NCBI RefSeq assembly: GCF_018350175.1 | Contig: NC_058373.1 | Span: 110,300,001-110,364,000, forward strand | Reading direction: 5' to 3' | Origin: Felis catus | Lineage: Eukaryota | DNA length: 64,000 nt | Part shown: positions 12,214 through 23,647 of the stretch, in pieces | How the letters are laid out: each line of letters starts with the position of its first letter | How positions within the stretch are numbered: the first letter of the stretch is position 1 | Made by a program: the position numbers and the translations under genes | The notes under the pieces: generated by a model | Told to the model about the DNA's origin: nothing | What the model saw: only the letters and a program-made list of their open reading frames with translations | Databases searched by the model: none

Positions 12214-13680
12214 GGGGCGCCTGGGTGGCGCAGTCGGTTAAGCGTCCAACTTCAACCAGGTCACGATCTCACGGTCCATGAGTTCGAGCCCCGCGTCGGG
12301 CTCTGGGCTGATGGCTCAGAGCCTGGAGCCTGTTTCTGATTCTGTGTCTCCCTCTCTCTCTGCCCCTCCCCTGTTCATGCTCTGTCTCTCTCTGTCCCCC
12401 CAAAAAATAAATAAATAAACGTTGAAAAAAAAAATAAAATATGCAGCCCTCATATTTATCCATAGACTGGACCTTTTCAGTAATTTTCAACCAGACCCTA
12501 CCAGCTGAGGTCAGGGGCAGGTACCATTTTTCAATTTAAATTGCCACTATTGGGGTTCCTAGGTGGCTCAGTCGGTTACATGTCCGGCTTCAGCTCAGGT
12601 CACGATCTCGCGGTCCGTGGGTTTGAGCCCCGCATCGGGCTCTGTGCTGACCGCTCAGAGCCTGGAGCCTGCTTCAGATTCTGTGTCTCCCTCTCTCTCT
12701 GCCCCTCCCCTGTTCGTGCTGTGTCTCTCTCTGTCTCAAAAATAAATAAACGTTAAAAAAAAAATTTTTTTTTAAATAAAACTGCCACTATTACTCATAT
12801 AACACCAATGTTAGGATTCCTTATTATTTTAATGAAGTCAAAAGAGACATTTACCAGTGCCAATACATTTTAGGAAGCCCATGACAATTCTGCAAGCCGG
12901 CGAGAATTCTTAAAGCTTGAGTTCTGTTTAAACCTAGTAATTTGAAAGCCGGTACTTGCATGGACCCCAGAAAGACTTCCACCACTTGTCCTGGACTGCA
13001 GAGCTTAAAAAAAAAAAAAAAATCACCCTGTACATGGCTCTTCATAGGACACATAGACTGACAAACTAGAAAATGCACTTTCTTCTTCTTTTTTTGTTCT
13101 TTAATGTTTTGTTTATTTATTTATTTTGAGAGAGAGACAGACGGAATCCCAGGCAGGCTCTCCACTGTCAGGCACAGAGCTTAACACGGGGCTTGATCTC
13201 ACGAACCATGGAATCATGACCTGAGCGAAAATCAGGACTTGGATGCTTAACCAACTGAGCCACCCAGGCACCCTCTGCTCTTTTTATTTATTTTTTTTTA
13301 AGTTTATTTCTTTTAGTAATCCCTATACCCAGTGTGGGACTCGAACTCATGACCCAGTACCAAAAGTCACAAGCTCCCCCAACCCAGCCAGCCAGGCACC
13401 TCTAAAAAACACATTTTCTTAATATAATTCATTGTGCCCATTTTTAATCAATTAGGATCCTGTTAAAAACTGTTTAATTTATGGGCGCCTGGGAGGCTTA
13501 GTCGGTTGAGTGACTAACTCTTGGTTTCAGTTCAGGTCACGATCCCAGGGTGTGGGGTCAAGCCCCACTTTGGGCTCCATGCTGAGTGTGGAACCTGCTT
13601 AAGATTCTCTCTCCCTCTTCCCCTCTCCCCTGCTTGTGTTCTCTCTCTCTCCCTGTCTCAAATAAAAAAAAAAAAACTTT
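12214..13680. mobile_element. Cluster of five Can-SINEs (+12214-12440, +12552-12780, -13078-13274, -13280-13402, +13482-13680)
   Basis: SINE heads/tails; TSDs TAAAATATGCAGCCCTC and AAA(T/C)TGCCACTATT for the first two. Confidence 0.88.
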
Positions 13681-14149
13681 TTTTTAAACTGCTTGATTTA
13701 AAATGTGGTTTGAGCATTAACGTTTTATTCTTTCATATCCGCCTGAGCAGAGAATGATCAAAATTGTACATTTATCAGAAGAAAAGTAAGAAAATATTAG
13801 TCTTATCTAATAGTAATTTCCAAAACGATTAAATAATTGAGGTGACCCAGAATGAACTTTTATGTTGCCTTTCTGTAGACAGTGGCAGGCAGTTTATAAA
13901 ATAATCTCTCCTGTTTAACCCGGGGGACTTACGCCAACAGTGGCTGATTTAGCTTTGTCTTTGCTGTTTCTTCATAATGTCCTTTGGATACTGAGATTAG
14001 CAGCGTGGTCTGTTTTCACTTACCACAGAAGTTAGATACCTGGAGAAGCCTAATTCATCCAGAATGCAAAATAAACAGGCTCCTCCGGCCCTCCCATGGT
14101 GTGCAGAAGTATTCTCTGGGCAGTACCTGAAAATGATGTGTTTATACCT

Positions 14150-14607
14150 TTTTTAAGAGGTTTTATTTGTTTGTTTGTTTTAGTTTTTTAATTTATTTTT
14201 GAGAGAGACCGAGACAGCATGAGCGGGGGAGGGGTGGGGGGGGGGCAGTGGGAGGGAGAGAATCCCAAGCAGGCTCCACACTGTCAGCACAGAGCCCGAG
14301 GTGGGGCTCGAATTCACAAAACCACGAGATCGTGACCTGTGCCGATACCAAGAGTTGGACTCATTTTGTTTTTTAATTTTTTGTTGTTGTTTATTTATTT
14401 TTGAGACAGAGAGAGACAGAGCCTGAGTGTGGGAGGGGTAGAGAGAGGGGGAGACACAGAATCCAAAGCAGGCTCCAGGCTCTGAGCTGTCGGCACAGCT
14501 GAGCTGGGGCTCAGACTCACAAGCCGTGAGAACATGACCTGAGCTGAAGTCGGACGCTCAACGGCCAAGAGTCAGACTCTTAACCGATTGAGCCACCCAG
14601 GCACCCC
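14150..14607 (-). mobile_element. Nested - strand Can-SINEs
   Basis: Antisense SINE interrupted by a second one; TSD-like CCAAGAGTTGGACTC / CCAAGAGTCAGACTC. Confidence 0.85.
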
Positions 14608-15364
14608 AAAGCTGTGTTTATTCTTAAACAGGTTTTCCATTTTTCCCCATAACCATGCATTGTCTCTTCACGAATGCTCTTTTTGCTGAATCTTAGGAAC
14701 TGTAGCACTGTTTGGCACAAGACTCCAGAGAGACCCTGCCCCCTCATTCGGACCCCATCAGCTGGGGAAGTGGGGTCTCTACTCCCAGACTCTTCCTTTG
14801 GGGCTATGGAGCCCTAGGATGGGCTCATGGAGAGGCTGTGGACAGCATGCAGCTGCATGCATGATTTGCGGGGTGGGGGGGTGAAGATGGACCAAAGGTC
14901 TCATTAGATTCGAGAATTCTGTAACCCATAAAAAGTTAAGAGTTTCTATTGCTGAAGTTTTAGGTCCTTCTGAAGAGATTCCCAAGGAAGACCTCCCAGG
15001 AGCCATGTCTAAATGGGAGGCCCTTGTGGTCCAGTGATATTGGGTGGATGCCATGCCTCCCCAGAGTCTGTGGGGCAGTGGGCTCTCAGAAGAGGGTACC
15101 CTTTGATCTCCTACCCCCTCTAGCCAGTTCAACGAATAAATCCCATTGTTGCCAGTGTTGAAGCTTTGCCGGGTGCTACGGCACAAGGGTTGTGCAGAGG
15201 TGAGGGGGACATAGTCATCGTTACTGATCCCAAGGTGGACGTGCACGAGGCCTGTGCCCCCTGGGCTAGAAGAGGGTCTCGGGGGAGTGGAGATCCTCTG
15301 ATGCCAATCTTTCCACCACCACCACCACCACCTCAAGGCGCTCCTTGCTCTATTACAACCGTAG

Positions 15365-15552
15365 GACCTGCAGCGAGACATCGAACAACACAGCGCAGGG
15401 GTGGAATCTGTGTTTAACATCTGCGATGTCCTACTGCACGACTCCGATGCCTGTGCCAATGAGACCGAGTGTGACTCCATCCAGCAGACCACCAGAAGCC
15501 TGGACAGACGCTGGAGGAACATCTGCGCCATGTCAATGGAACGGCGAATGAA
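15365..15552 (+). CDS. SYNE2: SYNE2 coding exon DLQRDIEQHSAGVESVFNICDVLLHDSDACANETECDSIQQTTRSLDRRWRNICAMSMERRM(K)
   Basis: GTAG|GAC acceptor, AA|GTAAGA donor, 188 nt (phase 0 to 2). Confidence 0.95.
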
Positions 15553-16071
15553 GTAAGAAATGAGCCGCCCCTAAACGTTTTGAACATGGTCAGCCAGACT
15601 CCGTGCGTCCTTCTGATCTCAGGAAGAGTAGCTGTGTTCTGTTCACTCCGCTTCCAAGGCTGTTGGCAGAGAAGGCTCAGTAGGTGTGACCAGTGCGCAT
15701 GAAGTGAATTATTCAAGAAAAAAATATAATCAGGGCAACAGCTTTCCCCAGCAGTCCTGGGCCTTGATGTGTAACCACGCTGGCCACTGTGCCTCTGTGT
15801 CCCTAGCCACAAAGTAGCGGGAGCTCTGTCTCCTGCCTGCTAACCTCTGTGAACTTCAGGAACTCTGAAGGGCCGTCCTAGACAGAAGGTGTCCTGACCG
15901 AGAAGGGGATATTCCTGGTTATTTCTTAGAAGAGGGATATCGGGGTCTCTTCCCCTAAACAGTGCCAGTGCGAGGGGTGTCGGGAATTGGGCCCATCAAG
16001 GGAGGGGGGAAAAAAATGGAAGCCCATTGTTGAAATGGCTGGCTTATATTGAGGTGCTTTCCTCCTATCAG

Positions 16072-16222
16072 AATCGAAGAGACGTGGCGTCTGTGGCAGA
16101 AATTTCTAGATGATTACTCCCGCTTTGAGGACTGGCTCAAGTCAGCCGAGAGGACAGCAGCCTACCCGAATTCCTCAGAGGTGTTGTACACAAATGCCAA
16201 AGAAGAGCTGAAGAGGTTCGAG
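16072..16222 (+). CDS. SYNE2: SYNE2 coding exon IEETWRLWQKFLDDYSRFEDWLKSAERTAAYPNSSEVLYTNAKEELKRFE
   Basis: TCAG|A acceptor, GAG|GTAAGG donor, 151 nt (phase 2 to 0). Confidence 0.95.
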
Positions 16223-16552
16223 GTAAGGGCCCCCCTCCAGCCCGCGGCTCCTGGGAATCAAGCCTCTGGGCAGTTCAGGTGACTCCCTTAAGGGGCCGGC
16301 TCCCCCCACCTCTGGCCAGGGCGGCGCAGTCCGCAGCCTGCCGGCAGCTGCTGAGTCCGCTTTGCCGGGCAAGACGCGGCACGCGGTGAACTTGAGAGGC
16401 CGTTCTTTAGCATCAGGGCAGGTGAAGCAGGCTCTCCGCCGCCATTTCAGCCTGGGGGGGTAAGCCCTCGAGGCGGGCCGTCTGGGGCCGGGGAGGGGGC
16501 GGGCTGGCCCCCCACCGCGTGCCTTGGCACTGACGCGGCCCGTGTGTCGCAG

Positions 16553-16735
16553 GCCTTCCAGCGGCAGATCCACGAGAGGCTCACGCAGCTGGAGCTCATC
16601 AACAAGCAGTACCGGCGGCTGGCCCGGGAGAACCGCACGGACACGGCCAGCAAGCTGAAGCAGATGGTACACGAGGGCAACCAGCGCTGGGACAACCTCC
16701 AGAAGCGGGTCACGGCCGTCCTGCGGAGACTCAGA
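16553..16735 (+). CDS. SYNE2: SYNE2 coding exon AFQRQIHERLTQLELINKQYRRLARENRTDTASKLKQMVHEGNQRWDNLQKRVTAVLRRLR
   Basis: GCAG|GCC acceptor, AGA|GTAACC donor (weak-looking), 183 nt in frame. Confidence 0.93.
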
Positions 16736-18127
16736 GTAACCTTGTCTACATCACCCGCCTTACTTGTAGCCTTTCGGGGAGAAGCGATGTGCGGTATCGG
16801 GCTTAGAGCGAAGCCATGGGTAGACTTCATTTCCGGCCTCAGCTACCTGAACGTTCTCCCAGTCGGCCTTCCCTTTGCTTTAAGCCGAAGCTGCCAGCAT
16901 TCATGTTTTTTAAAGAGGTTGTTTGCCCAAGAATAGGCTTCTTAGGCGGGGCCTGGTTATGTGAGTTGTGGTAACAAGCGCATCATTTTTCCAGTTCTGG
17001 ATACCCGGAAGGCCTGCACGTTGGCTCACAGACTGCCCAGAGCCTGGGCCGCTGCCATTACCCGGTGTGGCAAAGGTGCCTCTTTGCCTGGAAAGAGGCC
17101 CCGCCTTGCCCATCTGCCCGTTTTTGTGTGTCCCGTTGGTTCTTGCACTGTGAGAGCTGGAGACAGAGCCCCCTCTGTATTGTGGAGCTTGGGGACAGTG
17201 ATTATCCTCCGAATTTCAGAGCACATTGACCTAACCTCAAAGGTTGGGTTGGATTTTTAAATCTAATAGGCATTCACCTGAGATTTCTGGAATGTGGAAG
17301 GCTTGGGGTGTTAACCTTTGTGAGTCTAGTTGCAAACTGACCGGGCCAGTGTGGTCTATGGCTGCAGCAAGTAATTTTAACCCCTGCTTCTGTTCTCAGG
17401 GCAGAACATTCTTGAAATCATTCTAAGATGATGAGAATCTGGGCTTTTTTTTTTTTTTTTTTTAACCCTCAAGAAGGAGTGGGCTAGCTTTTCAGACAAC
17501 CCCCCATGCATTAATTTCCTTATCTCCCATCGATTTGACTGTGACTGGTCATTTGGCACTGAATGCTGTCTGTCTGAGAATCGGCTGCCCATTTCTAAGG
17601 GTAACCCAAGAGGCATCCTTATTGGAGGTGATAAATCTGGGTCTTCTTTCTCTGAGGGCACACATTCAGGATTACCTCAGTGAAGGCAAATGGGGCACTA
17701 GGCCAGGCTTAACCCTGAGATCCGTACTCTTCCATCTCGAAACTACTAAATCTTTGTGTTAAGCAAAAGCTTCCACAGAAGGCTAACAGGTAAAAACAGC
17801 AAGGTGCCTGGCTCGGACTTTGAGGGCGTTCCTCAAAGGGCAGGTTGGGAAAATCACTGACTTGGAGAATTACAGAATTGCTGAAAGGACCCAAAACGTC
17901 GCAATCCGTGGTCCCACACCCTCACTTGCCCACAAAGACGCCAAGGCTCAGAGAAGTTGGGGCACTTGTTTGTGATCCCACAGTCAGGAGCAGAGCCCGG
18001 GCTCCCAACCCCACACTGGCCCCCTGATGCCCTGTGGGTCTCCTGGGGCACCCTTTCGTCTTGGCCAAAAGTAACCTTGCTGCACTGTCTTCTGCCATCC
18101 ACCCAAACACCCGGTTCTCTTCCACAG

Positions 18128-18265
18128 CATTTCACCAACCAGAGGGAAGAATTCGAGGGGACCCGGGAGAGCGTTCTCGTGTGGCTCACGGAGATGGACC
18201 TGCAGCTGACCAACGTGGAGCACTTCTCGGAGAGTGACGCCGACGACAAGATGCGCCAGTTGAAT
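18128..18265 (+). CDS. SYNE2: SYNE2 coding exon HFTNQREEFEGTRESVLVWLTEMDLQLTNVEHFSESDADDKMRQLN
   Basis: ACAG|CAT acceptor, AAT|GTAAGG donor, 138 nt. Confidence 0.95.
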
Positions 18266-18704
18266 GTAAGGCCTGCACCCACGGCCCCTCTCGGGAGAAC
18301 GCACCTCTGCAGGGGAGAGCCGGCCAAGCACAAACTTCACCTGACACCCTGAGAGCACATTCCAGAATTGTTAAAGCAGCCAGGCTGACCCCACCTGTGT
18401 CCCGCAGGGTTGTCACGAGAGAGGATACTGTTCCTTACAGTTGAGGGGCCACTGGCACGAGGCTCTGTATTCTTTGTCATTTATAATCATCCACGGGGTT
18501 CCAGACAGAACTTCACAAGGTGCTCTTTCCCCAGCTCTTGAGTCGGGGTGCAACGTGCGGGGTGTGGCAGGAAGAACATATGTATCAAGAGTGGGTTCGT
18601 GAACAGATCTCTTCTGCTCTCTCAAATACGTGCATTTCGCTTAAATTTCACTGTAATTCCCTCCTGGGCTTTTAAAAGAAGTTGAAAAATAGAAATTTGC
18701 CTTC

Positions 18705-18705
18705 C

Positions 18706-18736
<31 letters not shown>

Positions 18737-19438
18737 ATTTTTTAATGTTTATTTATTTTTGAGACAGAGAGAGACAAAGCATGAACGGGGGAGGGTCAGA
18801 GAGAGGGAGACACAGAATCGGAAACAGGCTCCAGGCTCTGAGCTGTCAGCACAGAGACCAACATGGGGCTCGAACTCACGGACCGCGAGATCATGACCTG
18901 AACTGAAGTCTGCCACTTAACCGACTGAGCCACCCAGGCGCCCCTTGCCTTCCTCAATATAACAGCACCAATGTGGTGATTATTGGGTCAGCAGGACCAA
19001 ATGCCCACGGGTGGTTTATTATGAGAAATTTTGTTTCCACTCAGTGTCAGTAAGACAAGTTTTCGCCCTCACACCCAACGGCAGTAGATGTCTGTCCTTG
19101 CCAAACTTTTAGAATTATTTTAATTGTAACCGCTTCTCTGCCTTTCGGCTAAGATCAAGTGTAGAATTATTTTAATTGCAAAAGTCAGTGCCCAGAAGGG
19201 AGAGGGAAAAAATATGCACAATCGTTTTATTTATTTATTTTTTTCATGTTTATTTTTGAGAGAGAGAGTGCATGCGGGAAAGGGGCAGAGAGAGATTGGG
19301 AGACAGAGGATCCGAAGGAGGCGGCGGGCTCTGTGCTGACAGCAGAGGGCCCAGTGCAGGGGTCAAACCCACAACCCACAAGATCATGACCCGAGCCGAA
19401 GTCGGACCCTCAACCGACTGAGCCACCCGGGCGTCCCC
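18705..19438 (-). mobile_element. Two antisense Can-SINEs (18705-18944, 19224-19438)
   Basis: T-rich tail, (GA)n, ...GAGCCACCCAGGCGCCCC end; TSD TTGCCTTCCT for the first. Confidence 0.9.
19129..19164 (+). pseudogene. 3'-truncated (tailless) U2 snRNA retropseudogene, U2 nt 1-36
   Basis: ACCGCTTCTCTGCCTTTCGGCTAAGATCAAGTGTAG matches the U2 5' end ATCGCTTCTCGGCCTTTTGGCTAAGATCAAGTGTAG at 33/36; flanked by ~20-bp direct repeat TAGAATTATTTTAATTG(T/C)AA. Confidence 0.9.
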
Positions 19439-19592
19439 CTACAGTCATTTTAAATTATCTAAATCTTTATTGTTGCTTTGTTAAAAAATCGATGAAGCTC
19501 GCGTCCTGGGTGAAGGAACGAAGTAGACATCGTCTGGATCCTCAGGGAAACTTTCCTTCTTTGAAATCGTCTCTCTCTCCTATTCTGAATAG

Positions 19593-19787
19593 GGTTTCCA
19601 ACAGGAAATTACATTAAATACCAACAAGATCGATCAGCTCATCGTGTTCGGGGAGCAGCTGATTCAGAAGAGTGAGCCCCTGGACGCCGTGCTGATCGAG
19701 GACGAGCTGGAGGAGCTGCACCGCTACTGCCAGGAGGTCTTCGGCCGCGTCTCGCGGTTCCACCGCCGGCTGACCTCCCGCGCTCCG
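19593..19787 (+). CDS. SYNE2: SYNE2 coding exon GFQQEITLNTNKIDQLIVFGEQLIQKSEPLDAVLIEDELEELHRYCQEVFGRVSRFHRRLTSRAP
   Basis: ATAG|GGT acceptor, CCG|GTAAGG donor, 195 nt. Confidence 0.95.
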
Positions 19788-20189
19788 GTAAGGGGAGCGC
19801 ACGCTCGTGCGGAGCGCCTCCGGTCCGCGCAAACTTGACGGTTCACCGAATGGGCTCCGCACACTTGACGTCTGGCCAAATTTTTACAGAGCTGGAAGCC
19901 TATGTACTGGTCAGCTGTGACGTATTTTATGGTAAAAAGGAGAGCAAAACAGTTCTGTTTCTGCTTTTATTACTCCAGAGTCACACTTAACTTGGGGGCT
20001 CCCCTTACCCGATGGAAGGGACGGCATTTCTGAAAGGTTTTGCGCCCCTCAGCTGTTTTCTGTGTGTTCCTCAGCCCAGGGCTCTCCTGACATGTGTCAG
20101 CACCCGTAGGATATGCGGATATGTGTTCGGGTTTTGCTTACGGTACTAATTTGGGAATGTGTTGGCCTTTTCCTCTTAGTGTCTGGGAG

Positions 20190-21548
20190 CCTTAAAAAGT
20201 TGTTCGTTTTGAGAGAGAGAGAGAGACTGAGTGTGAGTGGGGGAGGGGCAGAGAGAGAGAGAGAGGGAGACGCAGGCTCCAGGCTCCGAGCTGTCAGCAC
20301 AGAGCCCAACGTGGGGCTCAGACTCACGAGCTGTGAGATCATGACCTGAGTCAAAGTCGGATGCTCAACCGACTGAGCCACCCAGGTGCCCCAGTGTCGG
20401 GAGCTTTTAATATTTGTGCCTTTCTGGTGCCTTCTTCTCACCTTTCAACTTTTTTTTTTAAGTTTATTTATTTATTTTGAAGCAGAGAGAGAGCATGAGC
20501 AGGGGGAAAGGCAGCGAGAGAGAGGAAGAGAGAGAACCCCAAGCAGGCCCCACACTGTCAGCACAGAGCCCAACATAGGGCTCGAACGCACAAACCATGA
20601 GATCATGACCTGAGCCAAAATCAAGAGTTGGACGCTTAGCCGACTGAGCCACCCGGGCACCCCTGTTCTCACCTGTGAAGTGACAAAAGCACCAGTTTCC
20701 CATAGCAACTGTGAAGTTTCCCTTGGCAGAGGGACCTTCTGGGAAGTTGAGGTGGCATTCAGGCCACTATTGAAAGTTCATTGCCTTTGTGTGCCAGAAG
20801 CTTTCACGATAACCATATTGAGCAACACAACTGGCCATTTTTTCCTTTTTTGTGTCTCCAACTGGCTAACTTGATGGTTCTTTCTTTATCAGGCATAGCC
20901 TTAAAAGTCACCATAGTTTCCTCATTTCTAAATGTAGCAGTTTCTAGGCATTTCTCTTAAACCAAGGCATTACAACATAGGAAGAATAAGGTTCTGCATC
21001 CTGAACAATAAGATTGAGGGGTAAGAAAGAAAGAACCTGGTACATACAGTCATGAAGTTGTGAATCTTAGCCAGAATATACTCTTAATGGCCTTACTTTT
21101 TTTTTTTTTTATTTAAAATTTTCTGATTCTTGGAGAAACCTGCCATTAACCACTAATAAAATGTTGGCCTCCATTTTCTTCTAGGGAAAGTTGTTTAACT
21201 TAGACCATCAAATGTCAGGTTTCTCCTAGGAAAGAGGCTGGGCTTTGCCGAAAATACAGATTCTGGGCCTCACACTAAAGCGTCTAAATTAGAATAATCA
21301 CAACTAGGCCCTGGGAACCTGATTCTTTTTTCTTTAAAAAAAAATTTTTTTTTTTTTAAGTTTACTTATTTTGAGGGAGAGTGACCAGGGGAGGGGCAGA
21401 GGGAGAGAGGGAGAGAGAGAATCCCAAGCAGGCCCCATGCTACCGGTGCAGAGTCTGACACGGGGCTTCATCTCACAAATCGTGAGATCCTGACCTGAGC
21501 CCAAATCAAGACTCTGACGCTTAGCCGACTGAACCACCCAGGTGCACC
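20190..21548 (-). mobile_element. Three antisense Can-SINEs (20190-20393, 20450-20663, 21335-21548)
   Basis: Characteristic reverse SINE bodies. Confidence 0.88.
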
Positions 21549-21693
21549 TAACCCGATTCTTTTTTAAAGCGGCCACAGAAATGCGGGCAGGGGCCATTTT
21601 CAGGAACTGCCAGACAAGGCAGACTCCCCGTGCACCTCACAGCTGCAAGCCTCTAATGTGGTTCATTCTGAAAACTGGACATCCCCACTTTAG

Positions 21694-21976
21694 GGCTTGG
21701 AAGATGAAAAAGAGGCCTCCGAGAATGAAACGGACATGGAGGACCCCAGAGAGATCCAGGCTGACTCTTGGCGCAAAAGGAGAGAGAGCGAGGAACCCTC
21801 TTCCCCTCAGTCCCTTTGTCATCTGGTGCCCCCGGCGCCGGGGCCCGAGCGGTCTGGCTGTGAGACCCCCGTCAGCGTGGACTCCATCCCTCTGGAGTGG
21901 GATCACACGGGTGACGTGGGGGGCTCCTCCTCTCACGAAGATGATGAGGAAGGCCCATACTACAGTGCACTGTCAG
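21694..21976 (+). CDS. SYNE2: SYNE2 coding exon GLEDEKEASENETD...ERSGCETPVSVDSIPLEWDHTGDVGGSSSHEDDEEGPYYSALS (adaptive domain with LEWD kinesin-light-chain motif)
   Basis: TTAG|GGC acceptor, TCAG|GTAACA donor, 283 nt (phase 0 to 1); conserved nesprin SVDSIPLEWDH motif. Confidence 0.95.
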
Positions 21977-22511
21977 GTAACAGCCCCTGTTTCCAGAGCC
22001 CTTGACATTGACCCACTTGGTTATGTTTTTAGCACTGTGGCAACATGGCCATCTCTGGATGACCCAGAGTCCAGCTCATGGCTGACCCAGACCTCTGTGG
22101 CTTCTTGTGTTCTGTCCTGCCCACTTTGACTTCCCTGAGAGTGGCTCATTCCTATGACAGGTGGAATGAAAGGGAAAAAGGAACGAAATTCACCTGGGGA
22201 CATTAAGGCTATTCTCTGATGGCTCTGGCTATCTGGGAGGCTCATCAGTGAACTTTTCAGTTGAGTTCTTCAGAGTATTGGTAGATTGTCTCCATTCTTT
22301 CCATGGACTCCCCCCTCTCCCACAACGGCTTCAAACCGTCAAGAGTAGGCTGAAAAAAATCCTTTCGGTTTTTTAAACCTTTTTAATAAGACAGATCAAA
22401 GGTAGTTACTCTTCTCCTCCCAGCTGACAATGTTTCTACTGTTTTAACTTAATACTTGGGCATTCATCTACAGATGCCTGCGGTGAGGAAAATGACATTA
22501 TTCTTTTTCAG

Positions 22512-22580
22512 ATGTAGAAATCCCTGAAAATCCTGAGGCCTATCTTAAAATGACCACAAAAACTTTGAAAGCGTCTTCTG
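22512..22580 (+). CDS. SYNE2: SYNE2 DV23 cassette exon (D)VEIPENPEAYLKMTTKTLKASS
   Basis: TTTTTCAG|AT acceptor, CTG|GTAGGC donor, 69 nt phase 1/1; peptide matches the known 23-aa nesprin cassette. Confidence 0.9.
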
Positions 22581-23507
22581 GTAGGCCCCTGACCGTGCAT
22601 GTGTCTCAACATGGCAGCCTCCTGTGGCGAACACTGCATCCTAAACCTCGCTCCCATGTCATGTCTGACCTCTGCCTTCTGTGGACACCATGCGCCTTGG
22701 TCCTTGTGTCATGGTGTATTTACACTGCCGTACTCACACATACCTGCGTGCTCCTTACAGAACCCCGCCCAGACAGGAGCAGTCTCCATGCTGTCCTTCT
22801 CCTGCCCCTCAGGCCTGTGCAGAAGGGAATTCTTCATGGTGTCTTTTAAAACTTTAATCCCCCCCCCCCCCACCCCCCGCCGTCTAACTGAAGTTCTTCG
22901 GCATAGACCAAGCTTTCTTCACGGTGGCTTGGTTTGGAACTGCTTCCTTCCTTGCTTACGGTGCTTCCTGGGAAGAGGATGGGTGGGCAGGGGTAAAAGT
23001 ACTGTTGCATTAGCCACAGGAGAAGAAACCTTCCTTTCCTTGATTTGCGGTTCTAACCTATGTTCCCTGCCCCGTCGCCATGTGCAGTGGTGGGGTAGCG
23101 CCACGAGCGGCCCTCTGGCCCCCAGGTCCATCCTGACGTTCACTCTCCCCCACTCCTGAGAGGTCTTCAGTCCTTCTGGCCCTTTGACCTGGCCTCGCTG
23201 CCAGTGTCCCCGCCACTAGATGCCCGGCTCCGAAACACCATTCATCTTCAAAAAATCCTGTGTTTGTTGTGCTCCATCGTGAACCCATCTAGTGAAGGCA
23301 CAGTGCTGCTCAGTTGCATGACTCTCATTTCATTCCCTTCTGGGGCGTACTGACATTTTGCAAATGTGCATGCTTTGCAAGGAAAGCTGCAGAACTCATA
23401 TTATACTATAACCTGATGCCATGTTACCCATGACCTTTTTTTGTGTAACTAAGTATGAATCCTTTGGTTGGAGAGAATGGACTGTCACTTGCTGTGTTTT
23501 GTTTCAG

Positions 23508-23647
23508 GGAAATCCATTTCTGAGGACCATTCATGGCATGTTCCTGACAGCCCTTCCTGCCCCAAGCATCGCTACAAACAAATGGGAAGTGATAGGAATG
23601 TACAAACCATCCCCTCAGATTCCAGCACTCCCTATAAACCAGCCTAT
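23508..23647 (+). CDS. SYNE2: SYNE2 coding exon (G)KSISEDHSWHVPDSPSCPKHRYKQMGSDRNVQTIPSDSSTPYKPAY
   Basis: TTTCAG|GG acceptor, TAT|GTAAGT donor, 140 nt (phase 1 to 0). Confidence 0.92.

Noticed and set aside
14779..15531. 250-aa - strand ORF, the longest in the track
   Set aside because: Antisense shadow of a SYNE2 exon plus (CCA)n repeat; no protein-like features
16223..16552. 330-nt CpG-rich intron (multiple of 3) as in-frame retained intron
   Set aside because: Contains an in-frame TGA at 16280-16282
21000..21026. GG|GTAAGA donor as possible nesprin-2 alpha first exon
   Set aside because: In-frame stop just upstream and no promoter or ATG support; cannot be supported from sequence alone
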